Below are positions 29,734-39,285 of a stretch of 64,000 nucleotides of DNA, in pieces. Numbering within the stretch: position 1 is the first letter of the stretch; each line of letters starts with the position of its first letter. Made by a program: the position numbers and the translations under genes. This DNA is from Candidatus Poriferihabitaceae bacterium. Lineage in GTDB: Bacteria > Pseudomonadota > Gammaproteobacteria > Arenicellales > Poriferihabitantaceae. The stretch lies in NCBI GenBank assembly GCA_965203265.1, contig CBDBBV010000002.1, forward strand, positions 1,810,773 through 1,874,772, given 5' to 3'. Under the pieces are notes generated by a model. The model saw only the letters and a list, made by a program, of their open reading frames with translations. It ran no database searches and had not been told where the DNA came from.

Positions 29734-30956
29734 CACACTAACATTTGCAAGCGCGTTTTCAAATAGTCCATACCTCTATCGCCCTTTATACGATTACATG
29801 AACCACACAGCAATTGAAGGTTCTCCAAGTGATCGGTTCCGCCCTTCTTGCGTGATATTATATGATCTACTTCCAAATTCCTATGATTGAACTCTGTATT
29901 ACATCCAGCGCATTTCCCGTATTGCTCACCAAATAGAAACTTCTTGTTCTCTGGCGAATTATACGCCCGCAACTTACCTAAATCAGTGCGTTTCGGTATA
30001 TCCGTCCTATGCGTTATATCCCTGAATATACCCTGCGCGTCCTTTATACGGCTAACTACTAATTCTGAAGCCTTACTCGATATATCTATCCCTACCCAGT
30101 TTCGTTGTAAATAATCAGCCGCAACGCAAGTAGTCGCGCATCCGCAAAATGGATCCAGTACTACATCGCCTTCGTTGCTTGACGCTCTGATTATTCGTGA
30201 TAGAAGTTTCAAAGGCTTCTGCGTAGGGTAACCTGTACGCTCTTTTGATAAAGAATTCAAATAAGGTATATCCCACCAATCATTACATATCATCCCTTCA
30301 TCAGGATAATATGTTCTCTTTTTACCGGCATCAATCCGAATCCTACATCTGCGACCTTTATCATCTACTTGCTTATAATGACTATCCAAGTATTTCTGAC
30401 TAACGGGTATGCGATAATCTCCCCAATAAAACTTATCCGATTTAGTATAAAGAAATATCAAATCATGCTTCTTGGCGAAAAACTTCTTCGCTCTACCAGA
30501 AGTAGAATAGCACCATACAATCTCGTTTCTGAAATACTTGCGTCCGAAAACAGCGTCCATTACCAATTTCAAATAATGACTCATGGTCGGATCACAATGC
30601 AAATAGATTGAACCAGTAGGTTTCAACAATCTTTTCATCTCTAATATCCTTGCCGCCATATAAACCAAATACGATTTATCGCTCTTGGTCATTGCCGCTA
30701 ACAACACCCGATAAAGAACCGGATGTTTGTTCTCTATAAGATTTATCCATTCAACATCTACCTCCGACAACGACCATGTATCCTTGAACTCAGCACCAGC
30801 CGCTTTACTACCTATTGGCGCTGCGTAATTAGCATTTGAATTAAATGGCGGATCCAAATATATCAAGTCAACAGATTCACTATTCATCCCTCGCATAATG
30901 TACAAACAATCTCCCGTCCATATCGTCTTGTTCGCCCAGTTTTGTTTCTTACTCAT
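29733..30956 (-). CDS. beta-class DNA amino-methyltransferase fused to a C-terminal HNH nuclease (copy 1)
   Basis: Start taken at MSKKQNW (30956) within track ORF 29733..30989; 407 aa. It has DPPF (motif IV), GYPTQKP (motif X), VLDPFCGCATT (motif I), then CAGC...EVDHIISRKKGGTDHLENLQLLCGSCNRIKG (HNH). AT-rich. Confidence 0.85.
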   Translation of the reverse strand: MSKKQNWANKTIWTGDCLYIMRGMNSESVDLIYLDPPFNSNANYAAPIGSKAAGAEFKDTWSLSEVDVEWINLIENKHPVLYRVLLAAMTKSDKSYLVYMAARILEMKRLLKPTGSIYLHCDPTMSHYLKLVMDAVFGRKYFRNEIVWCYSTSGRAKKFFAKKHDLIFLYTKSDKFYWGDYRIPVSQKYLDSHYKQVDDKGRRCRIRIDAGKKRTYYPDEGMICNDWWDIPYLNSLSKERTGYPTQKPLKLLSRIIRASSNEGDVVLDPFCGCATTCVAADYLQRNWVGIDISSKASELVVSRIKDAQGIFRDITHRTDIPKRTDLGKLRAYNSPENKKFLFGEQYGKCAGCNTEFNHRNLEVDHIISRKKGGTDHLENLQLLCGSCNRIKGDRGMDYLKTRLQMLV

Positions 30957-31113
30957 TTCTTGCTCCCCCCTCCGCCAACCACCCGGCAACCTGCTCGGCG
31001 TAATAGGTCAATACCAGATCTTTATTCGTAGGTACGGGTTCGCTCCTGTGCTCTGCTTTGCCCATGCCCAGCAACGCCTTCGCCGCTTTATCTAGTTTCT
31101 TTCTACTAGTCAT
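30949..31113 (-). CDS. chimeric 54-aa small ORF: 5' part of sORF fused to a copy of the hemB 3' end (sORF2)
   Basis: My own translation: [54 protein letters not shown]. The residues after position 34 repeat the HemB C-terminus. It overlaps both neighbouring genes. Whether it is expressed is unknown. Confidence 0.3.
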   Translation of the reverse strand: MTSRKKLDKAAKALLGMGKAEHRSEPVPTNKDLVLTYYAEQVAGWLAEGGARNE

Positions 31114-32291
31114 CACACTAACATTTGCAAGCGTGTTTTCAAATAGTCCATACCTCTATCGCCCTTTATACGATTACATGAACCGCATAACAACTGTAGG
31201 TTTTCCAAGTGATCGGTTCCGCCTTTCTTTCGTGAAATTATATGATCTACTTCTAAATTTCGTGATTCGAAATGCGTCCCGCAACCCGCGCAATTCCCGT
31301 CTTGCTCTCCATATAGTATCTTTCGATTTGCTGGAGAATTGTAGGCCGGAAGATTTCCGAGATCGGTTCTCTTCGGTATATCCGTCCTATGCGTTATATC
31401 CCTGAATATACCCTGCGCGTCCTTTATACGGCTAACTACTAATTCCGAAGCCTTATTCGATATATCTATCCCTACCCAATTACGCTGTAAATAATCCGCC
31501 GCAACGCAAGTAGTTGCGCATCCGCAAAATGGATCCAGTACTACATCGCCTTCATTGCTTGACGCCTTGATCACCCTCCCTAACAACGCCAATGGCTTTT
31601 GTGTGGGATAACCCGTGCGTTCTTTATCCATAGTATTCAACGCCGCCAATGTTATTACATCATCCGGCGTCTTACCTCTAGGCGGTTCTTTCCCTTGTTT
31701 TTTGTAACGCCAAGTCGTCATACCACTCTCATATGGAATCAGTATATCGTCCCTTCTAAAAACACCTTTACCGGAAATTACATACCAAAGCAATATATCA
31801 TGCGACTTAGCCCATTGATATTTACCGCGAGAAGCATTTTTATAGTACCAAACAACTTCGTTCCTGAAATTTTTGCGTCCAAAAATAGCATCCATCACTA
31901 ATTTCAAGTAATGACTCATAGTCGGATCACAATGCAAATAGATTGAACCAGTAGGTTTCAACAACCTTTTCATCTCTAATATCCTTGCCGCCATATAAAC
32001 CAAATACGATTTATCGCTCTTGGCTATTGCCGCTAACAACACACGATAAAGGGATGGATATTTGTTCTCAATAAGATTTATCCATTCAACATCTACCTCA
32101 TCCAGCGTCCAAGTATCCTTGAACTCCGCACCAGCCGCTTTACTACCTATCGGTGCGGCATAATTCGCGTTTGAATTGAACGGCGGATCCAAATATATCA
32201 AATCAACAGATTCCGAATTCATCCCCCGCATAATATACAAACAATCCCCCGTCCATATAGTCTTGTTTGCCCAGTTTTGTTTCTTGCTCAT
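31113..32291 (-). CDS. beta-class DNA amino-methyltransferase fused to a C-terminal HNH nuclease (copy 2)
   Basis: Start taken at MSKKQNW (32291) within track ORF 31113..32336; 392 aa. It has the same motif set as copy 1 but a different central block. Its ATG lies 1 nt after the hemB stop. Confidence 0.85.
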   Translation of the reverse strand: MSKKQNWANKTIWTGDCLYIMRGMNSESVDLIYLDPPFNSNANYAAPIGSKAAGAEFKDTWTLDEVDVEWINLIENKYPSLYRVLLAAIAKSDKSYLVYMAARILEMKRLLKPTGSIYLHCDPTMSHYLKLVMDAIFGRKNFRNEVVWYYKNASRGKYQWAKSHDILLWYVISGKGVFRRDDILIPYESGMTTWRYKKQGKEPPRGKTPDDVITLAALNTMDKERTGYPTQKPLALLGRVIKASSNEGDVVLDPFCGCATTCVAADYLQRNWVGIDISNKASELVVSRIKDAQGIFRDITHRTDIPKRTDLGNLPAYNSPANRKILYGEQDGNCAGCGTHFESRNLEVDHIISRKKGGTDHLENLQLLCGSCNRIKGDRGMDYLKTRLQMLV

Positions 32292-32292
32292 T

Positions 32293-33330
<1,038 letters not shown>

Positions 33331-34179
33331 CTATTTTCCCGGCACTGCTTCCGCCGGGGCGGCTGAGGTGGCCGAGACGGCTGAGGCGGCCGGCGGCGGT
33401 TTTCCGGCGGGTTTGCGCGGCGGCGGGGACGCGCTTTCCGAGGAAGGGGTTATGCGGCTGATCTGCCCACCGGCGATGATGGTGTGGGTTTCCTCGTCGA
33501 GGGTTTGCGCGGCGGTCTCCAGCGTGTCCATTTCCAAAGGGCGCATTTCCAGATCGACGATGGCGCAAAACTTCTGCCGGATTTCCTCGGCCTCCCCCAC
33601 GGCCAACACCGTGCGCAACTTGTGCTGCGCCTTGTAATAGGCCAGCAACGGCGCGATTTGCTCGCGATAGGCTCCGACCTCGGCCACCGCCGCGCGGAGA
33701 TCGCCGCTTGCGGCGGCCAGTTCGCCGCCGCAAACGTCGCACTCGTCGGCGATTTTCGGCGGGGCGCAGCGGAGATGGTAGGCGGCGCCGCATTGGGTGC
33801 ATTGCAAGTGGCCGCCGAGGTGTTCTTCCAGCGTGTCGTCGTCGAGTTCGACATGGATCGCAATCTGCAGGGTGCGGCCGAACATGCCGAGCAGCGTGTC
33901 GAGCGCCTGCGCCTGCGGGATGTTGCCGGGGAAGCCGTCTATGATGAATCCGCGCCTGCAATCGCGCGCGCGCAAACGCTCATCCAACAGGGCGATGACG
34001 GCCTCGTCGCTAGCCGCCGCCACCTGAGGCGGGTGCGAGTCGCCCGCTCCCCCATTCCCGTCCGCCGCCGCTCGCAACAGGATATGCGGTGATATGTGCG
34101 GCACCCGATACCGCGCCGCCAGTGATTTCGCCTGCACTTCCTTGCCGGAAGCCGACGCGCCGAGGATGGCAATTCGCAT
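33331..34179 (-). CDS. adenylate kinase-like protein with atypical P-loop and a Pro/Ala-rich C-terminal extension
   Basis: 282 aa. The core is AK-like (FIIDGFPGNIPQAQAL) with a Cys4 lid (CTQC...CDVC). The P-loop reads GASASGKEV instead of GxPGxGKGT, and there are about 65 extra C-terminal residues. Confidence 0.6.
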   Translation of the reverse strand: MRIAILGASASGKEVQAKSLAARYRVPHISPHILLRAAADGNGGAGDSHPPQVAAASDEAVIALLDERLRARDCRRGFIIDGFPGNIPQAQALDTLLGMFGRTLQIAIHVELDDDTLEEHLGGHLQCTQCGAAYHLRCAPPKIADECDVCGGELAAASGDLRAAVAEVGAYREQIAPLLAYYKAQHKLRTVLAVGEAEEIRQKFCAIVDLEMRPLEMDTLETAAQTLDEETHTIIAGGQISRITPSSESASPPPRKPAGKPPPAASAVSATSAAPAEAVPGK

Positions 34180-34456
34180 GGGTCGTGCGGGCTTCCCCGC
34201 GGAAAAATTTGAACCGCAACCCTACTCGTTGTGGGCAATCAGGTCAACCGCCTGCACGATGCCGATACATTCGGGCTGTGGGTGGTTTTCGGCGATTCGG
34301 GATTGGTGGAGGCGCGCCGCCGGCCCTTTTCCGGGCAAGATTTGTGGACGGGGATGGGGGATCGGGCGGCGTTTTGGCTTGATGTGCTCTCGGGGCGATA
34401 GCCGAGGATTTGGAATCGTGGTTTTTTCTTGGGTCTGTCCGGTTCGGCTTCGATTG

Positions 34457-35197
34457 CTATGTTTTGCGCGCGAGAAATCGGCAACGAACATAATCTGCAA
34501 ACCACTCCCCGTTTTCATCTTTCAATTTTACGGCGGCCCTATCCGCAACATGGGCAATGAAATCGGCACGCTCGCGAACTGGTATATCTTTCAGAAAAGA
34601 ATCAGCAAAAGTTTCCAACCATCCGACAATACCCGTAGGTAATTTGGTCGGGCGATCAAAGACTTCGAATTCAACGATGTGAAAACCGTGTTGTTCCAAT
34701 TTGGATCGATATGCCGAACCGCTCGGAAAGTACCATGGATTGTAATCATCGCCATTCAGGCTCAACTCGTTCAACTGCGCATAAATCGCGGAAACCACTG
34801 CGCCAACATTGTTTTCGGCACCGAATTCGGCACAAAATCGCCCGCCTGCTTTGATTCTGGCGTACACATTTCGAATTACCGCATCGGCATCTTTCATCCA
34901 ATGCAGCGCGGCATTGGAAAACACCGCATCGAATTCATCATCGATGGATATGGATTGGGCATCGACAACCCGCGCATCAATGCCTTTATCCCTTGCCGCC
35001 GCAACCATTTCCCCGCTGGTGTCTATGCCGATCACCGAACAACCAATGGAGGCAATTTTTGCCGTCAACCGGCCATCGCCACAGCCGACATCCAGAATTT
35101 TTTCTTCGGGGACAGGAGAGAGAAGATCGAGCAACTTCTCGCCCAATTCGGCAACGTAACCGGCGTGCCTGCCATATTTGTCAACTTCCCACTGCAT
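34457..35197 (-). CDS. class I SAM-dependent methyltransferase
   Basis: 246 aa with motif I ILDVGCGDGRLT. GC is visibly lower than in the flanking genes. Confidence 0.75.
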   Translation of the reverse strand: MQWEVDKYGRHAGYVAELGEKLLDLLSPVPEEKILDVGCGDGRLTAKIASIGCSVIGIDTSGEMVAAARDKGIDARVVDAQSISIDDEFDAVFSNAALHWMKDADAVIRNVYARIKAGGRFCAEFGAENNVGAVVSAIYAQLNELSLNGDDYNPWYFPSGSAYRSKLEQHGFHIVEFEVFDRPTKLPTGIVGWLETFADSFLKDIPVRERADFIAHVADRAAVKLKDENGEWFADYVRCRFLARKT

Positions 35198-35209
35198 TGC
35201 CGGCCAGCT

Positions 35210-36046
35210 TTATCGAAGGCCGTGGGCAAGGGCGCTCCAGTCGAATTTCGGGTCGCCGCCGGCGAGGAACCAGGGGTTGAGGATGTCCGCCTTGTTGTAG
35301 CGCAACGGCACTCCGCACAGGGTGGTCATGCTGCCTCCCGCCGATTCCAGTACGCAATGCGCCGCCGCGGTGTCCCATTCCGAGGTGGGGCCCAATCTCG
35401 GATAGATGTCCGCCAACCCCTCCGCCACCAAGCAGATTTTCAGGGAGCTGCCCATGCCGGTAACTTCCACCTCGTCGGCTTCGTCGGCAAGACGCGCGCG
35501 GTAGGCTTCGACCGCGGCACCGGCGTGGGAGCGGCTGGACACCATGATGGCCTTCGCGCGCTCGAATTTCTTCACGCGGATGGGCGTGGCCTTCCCATCC
35601 GCGCCGGATTTGAACGCCCCCACTCCGGCAGCAGCATAGTGGCTGACGCCCTTGGCCGGTGCGTGCACCACGCCGAGCACCGCGCGACCGCCCTCGATGA
35701 GCGCGATGTTGACGGTGAATTCATCGTTGCGCTTGACGAATTCCCGCGTGCCGTCCAGCGGATCCACCAACCAAAATCTCCGCCACGCGCGCCGCTGGGC
35801 GAAAGTGCTCGCATCGGATTCCTCGGACAACAGCGGAGTCTGCGGGTCGAGGCGCTGCAGCCGCTCGTGGATGAGGCGGTGGGCGCGGCGATCGGCTTGG
35901 GTGAGCGGCGAACCGTCCCGCTTGTGCTCGACTTGGAACGATCCCGCATACACATCGAGAATTTCCCGGCCGGCGGCGATGGCAATATCGAGTACCTGCC
36001 GCAGCTGGGCGGTCGGGGATGGCGCGGTTTCGGGGTTTCGGTTCAT
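35210..36046 (-). CDS. cysQ: 3'(2'),5'-bisphosphate nucleotidase
   Basis: Start taken at MNRNPETAP (36046) within track ORF 35210..36262. Inositol monophosphatase-family motifs WLVDPLDGTREF and GSSLKICLVAEG are present. Confidence 0.85.
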   Translation of the reverse strand: MNRNPETAPSPTAQLRQVLDIAIAAGREILDVYAGSFQVEHKRDGSPLTQADRRAHRLIHERLQRLDPQTPLLSEESDASTFAQRRAWRRFWLVDPLDGTREFVKRNDEFTVNIALIEGGRAVLGVVHAPAKGVSHYAAAGVGAFKSGADGKATPIRVKKFERAKAIMVSSRSHAGAAVEAYRARLADEADEVEVTGMGSSLKICLVAEGLADIYPRLGPTSEWDTAAAHCVLESAGGSMTTLCGVPLRYNKADILNPWFLAGGDPKFDWSALAHGLR

Positions 36047-36286
36047 GTTCGATTTGCGTTGTGCTTCGGGGATTGCGGCGATGCGGCGGCCATAATGCCT
36101 GCAAAATCGCCTCGCCGCAAACCGGCGGGCGGCGGGCGCGGTGGGCGGGCGGTTGCATTCCGCGCCGGACGGCAGTATGCTTTTGCGCGTTACATGTACG
36201 GGTTGTCGGCGGATGCCCGTTCGGGTTGGCCGGCAGCGTTCCTTGATGCGTGTTGCGCGCATTTCACTTGCCCGGAGTATTCCTCA

Positions 36287-36364
36287 ATGAATCCCTTGCA
36301 AACCGTGGCCGGTACGATTATCACCGGCTTTGTATTGGCGGCCATCATCGCGTTTTTGCTGTAG
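36287..36364 (+). CDS. candidate 25-aa hydrophobic micropeptide
   Basis: MNPLQTVAGTIITGFVLAAIIAFLL forms a single predicted TM helix. GGAG lies about 13 nt upstream, and the ORF ends 74 nt before the next membrane-protein gene. Speculative. Confidence 0.25.
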   Translation: MNPLQTVAGTIITGFVLAAIIAFLL

Positions 36365-36437
36365 TTCGCGACTGCCGCAAATTCCACTCGGCAAATCATC
36401 TGCCATCCATCCCTCGAACTTTTCAGGAAATTCAGTC

Positions 36438-36932
36438 ATGAATATGTTTTCCCTTGTTGTCTGGTTGCACGTCCTCGCCGGTATTGCTTGGATCGGGCTG
36501 TTGTATTACTTCAATTTCGTACAGGTGCCGGCGGTTGCCGATGCCACCGCGGACAGCGACGGGCCCGGGCCCGCCGCCATTTCGAAATATGTCGCGCCGC
36601 GCGCCCTGTGGTGGTTCCGTTGGGGGGCGTTGGCGACTTGGCTGACCGGCGCTGCGGCATTGCACTATGTCGGCGGTTTTTCCACCAATTTTTTCGCTAC
36701 CAACGGCATTACCGTGATCGGCGTGGGCGCTTGGCTCGGCACCATCATGTTGTTCAATGTGTGGGTGCTGATCTGGCCGAATCAGAAGAAATTGCTCGGC
36801 ATAGTCGAGGCCAGCGACGAGGAAAAGGCAAGGGCCAAGGTCATCGCCTTCACCGCCTCACGAACCAATACGGTGCTGTCGATTCCCATGGTGATGTGCA
36901 TGGTCGCCGTCGGCCACGGCTTGCCGTTCTAG
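36438..36932 (+). CDS. integral membrane protein (resembles the N-terminal membrane domain of PuuD-like proteins; function uncertain)
   Basis: Start taken at MNMFSLVVWLHVLAGIAWIGLLYYFNFVQVP within track ORF 36330..36932. Four predicted TM helices. Confidence 0.55.
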   Translation: MNMFSLVVWLHVLAGIAWIGLLYYFNFVQVPAVADATADSDGPGPAAISKYVAPRALWWFRWGALATWLTGAAALHYVGGFSTNFFATNGITVIGVGAWLGTIMLFNVWVLIWPNQKKLLGIVEASDEEKARAKVIAFTASRTNTVLSIPMVMCMVAVGHGLPF

Positions 36933-36947
36933 GCGGACTGCCGGTCG

Positions 36948-37550
36948 TTGAAAACAGGCGCGCCGCAGGTTCCGCCGAACTCGGACGAACGACACTTCGT
37001 CAACGGCAATCCCCTGCGCGCGCCCTTTCCCGAGGGGTTGGAAACGGCGGCCTTCGCTCTCGGTTGTTTCTGGGGGGCGGAGCGCATCTACTGGCAGTTG
37101 CACGGAGTTCATGTTACTGCCGTGGGGTACGCCGGTGGCCACATCGCCAATCCCACATACCGGCAGGTCTGCGGTGGCGCGAGCGGGCACGCCGAGGCGG
37201 TGTTGGTGGTGTACGATCCGGCGGTAATCGGCTACGAGGCGTTGTTGCGCACATTTTGGGAATCCCACGATCCGACTCAGGGTATGCGTCAAGGCAACGA
37301 CCACGGCAGTCAGTACCGCTCGGTCATCTACGCCAATGGCGCGCGGCAACGGAAGTTGGCCGAACGATCCGTAGCGGAGTATCAGGCGCGGCTCACTCAG
37401 GCCGGCTATGGCACCATCACCACGGAAATCCTGTCGGCGCAGGCGTACCCGTTGCATTACGCCGAGAGCGTCCATCAGCAATATCTGGCGAAGAATCCGG
37501 GGGGTTATTGCGGGCTGGGCGGAACCGGCGTGAGATACGGGTCATTGTAG
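36948..37550 (+). CDS. msrA: peptide-methionine (S)-S-oxide reductase
   Basis: [13 protein letters not shown]...[26 protein letters not shown] is the canonical MsrA block. The only available start is TTG at 36948, so the start is uncertain. Confidence 0.85.
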   Translation: MKTGAPQVPPNSDERHFVNGNPLRAPFPEGLETAAFALGCFWGAERIYWQLHGVHVTAVGYAGGHIANPTYRQVCGGASGHAEAVLVVYDPAVIGYEALLRTFWESHDPTQGMRQGNDHGSQYRSVIYANGARQRKLAERSVAEYQARLTQAGYGTITTEILSAQAYPLHYAESVHQQYLAKNPGGYCGLGGTGVRYGSL

Positions 37551-37668
37551 ATGTTCTGTTCCTGACGCCTGCGCTCGGCCATTGGATGAAATACCGGTCG
37601 GGCTGGTCCAGGCCGCGAGCCGCGGGGCTCGAATCGGGGCGGAGCACATAACCCACTTTCATCGCGCC

Positions 37669-39144
37669 ATGCCCCGCCCAACTCATCGCCGGCCCTTCCT
37701 GCCAACCCTGCCAACCCTCGCCGCCCTATTCACCCTGATCCTCTGCGTTCTCGCGGGCGCCCATAGCGTAGCCGACGACGTTCTGCCGGCAACCTTCGCG
37801 CGGCTGCTGGACGAACACCGAATTCCGGCCTCGGCGATCAGCGTCGAAGTGGGCGCCATGGACGATCAGGCGGCGTTGCTGAGCCACAACGCGCACATAC
37901 CCCGAAATCCGGCCTCGCTGATCAAATTGCCGACCACACTGGCGGCGTTGGAATTGCTCGGCTCCGGCCACCAATGGCACACCGAGTATCTCGCCGACGG
38001 GGAGATCGCCGACGGCGTCCTTCAGGGGGACTTGATCCTGCGCGGCGGCGGCGATCCGTTTGTCAGCGTGGAGCGGTTGCTCGGCCACATTCTCGCGCTC
38101 AGGCGGGGCGGCCTCGAAACCATCGCCGGCGATCTGGTGATCGACAATTCCCGATTCGCCCCGAGGCGGCACGATCGGGGCGCCTTCGACGGCAAGTCGC
38201 AGCGCGTGTACAACGTCGAGCCCGACGCCGCCCTGCTCAATTTCTCCGCCACCCGATTCGTGATCGAGCCCCGAGGTGGGCGCATTCGCGTGCGCGCCGA
38301 GCCGCCGCTGGCCGGCCTGAAAATCGTCAACCGCATCGAGTCCCACAGCGGGCGCTGCATCGACGCCGACTCCGGCTGGTCCTATCGCATCGAGCGGGCG
38401 GGCGGGAATTTGACGGCGCGATTTCACGGCAGTTACCGCCACCGCTGCGGCAGCCATTCCATCCACCGCAGCATTCTGCCCAACGACGAATACGCCTATC
38501 GCCTGTTCACCGCCCTGTGGCGCGCTCTCGGCGGGAAATTCGACGGCGGCTATCGAGTGCGACACGCCCCCGGCGGTTTCGATCACGCGCGAATTCTGCT
38601 AAGCCGCCCATCTGAGCCCCTCGCGGATGTCATCGCCGGCATCAACAAATTCAGCAACAACGCCATGTCGCGCCAACTGCTGCTGACCCTCGGCGCACAT
38701 GTGAGCGGGCAACCGGGCACCGCCGAAGCCGGGGCGGCCGCCATCCACGACTGGCTGGCCGCCAACGGCGTCTCCATGCCGGCTCTGGTGATCGACAACG
38801 GCGCCGGCCTGTCGCGCAAAAGCCGCGCCTCGGCGGCCGGCCTGCGGGCGCTGCTGCGCCACGGTTGGGCGAGCACCTACCGCCCGGAATTCGTCTCCTC
38901 CCTGCCCCTCGCCGCCATCGACGGCACCATGCGCAAGCGCCTCACCGACACCCCGCTGCGGGCGCGGGCACGCATCAAAACCGGCTTGATCGACGGCGTT
39001 CGCAGCATGGCGGGCTACGTCCATGCGCGCAATGGCCGCCATTACGCCGTGGTGATGATGATCGACTCCGAGCGGGTGAATTTCCACAACGGCAATGTGT
39101 TGCAGGATGCGATGTTGCGGTGGGTGTACGAGCGCCCGCAATGA
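37669..39144 (+). CDS. dacB: D-alanyl-D-alanine carboxypeptidase/endopeptidase (PBP4 family)
   Basis: Start taken at MPRPTHRRPFLPTLPTLAALFTLIL (signal sequence). NPASLIKLPT (SxxK), FSNN (SxN) and KTG motifs are present. Confidence 0.85.
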   Translation: MPRPTHRRPFLPTLPTLAALFTLILCVLAGAHSVADDVLPATFARLLDEHRIPASAISVEVGAMDDQAALLSHNAHIPRNPASLIKLPTTLAALELLGSGHQWHTEYLADGEIADGVLQGDLILRGGGDPFVSVERLLGHILALRRGGLETIAGDLVIDNSRFAPRRHDRGAFDGKSQRVYNVEPDAALLNFSATRFVIEPRGGRIRVRAEPPLAGLKIVNRIESHSGRCIDADSGWSYRIERAGGNLTARFHGSYRHRCGSHSIHRSILPNDEYAYRLFTALWRALGGKFDGGYRVRHAPGGFDHARILLSRPSEPLADVIAGINKFSNNAMSRQLLLTLGAHVSGQPGTAEAGAAAIHDWLAANGVSMPALVIDNGAGLSRKSRASAAGLRALLRHGWASTYRPEFVSSLPLAAIDGTMRKRLTDTPLRARARIKTGLIDGVRSMAGYVHARNGRHYAVVMMIDSERVNFHNGNVLQDAMLRWVYERPQ

Positions 39145-39200
39145 GCTCGGCGGGTTGCATAATGCCAGAAACATTCTGGACTTTTGGCTGTCGGAAAAAG

Positions 39201-39235
39201 GGAAGCCGACATGCTGATTCAGCGTGTCGGCTTCC
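39201..39235 (+). other. perfect 11-bp stem hairpin in the IS 5' leader
   Basis: ggaagccgaca (39201-39211) pairs with tgtcggcttcc (39225-39235) around a 13-nt loop. It sits between the left IR and the transposase RBS. Confidence 0.7.
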
Positions 39236-39285
39236 GCGTGCGCGGGATGTATCATGTTGCTTCTTTGGGAATGAAGGAGGCACAC

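Noticed and set aside
34219-34247. Possible promoter TTGACC-17 nt-TAGGGT upstream of the adk-like/hemB string (minus strand)
   Set aside because: The -35 is good but the -10 matches only 3 of 6 positions. There is no supporting evidence, so it is not listed as a feature.
39184-39285. N-terminal extension of the transposase ORF ([34 protein letters not shown])
   Set aside because: It starts inside the IS leader and crosses the 11-bp hairpin. The ATG at 39286 has a consensus AAGGAGG RBS and begins the HTH region, so the extension is probably untranslated.
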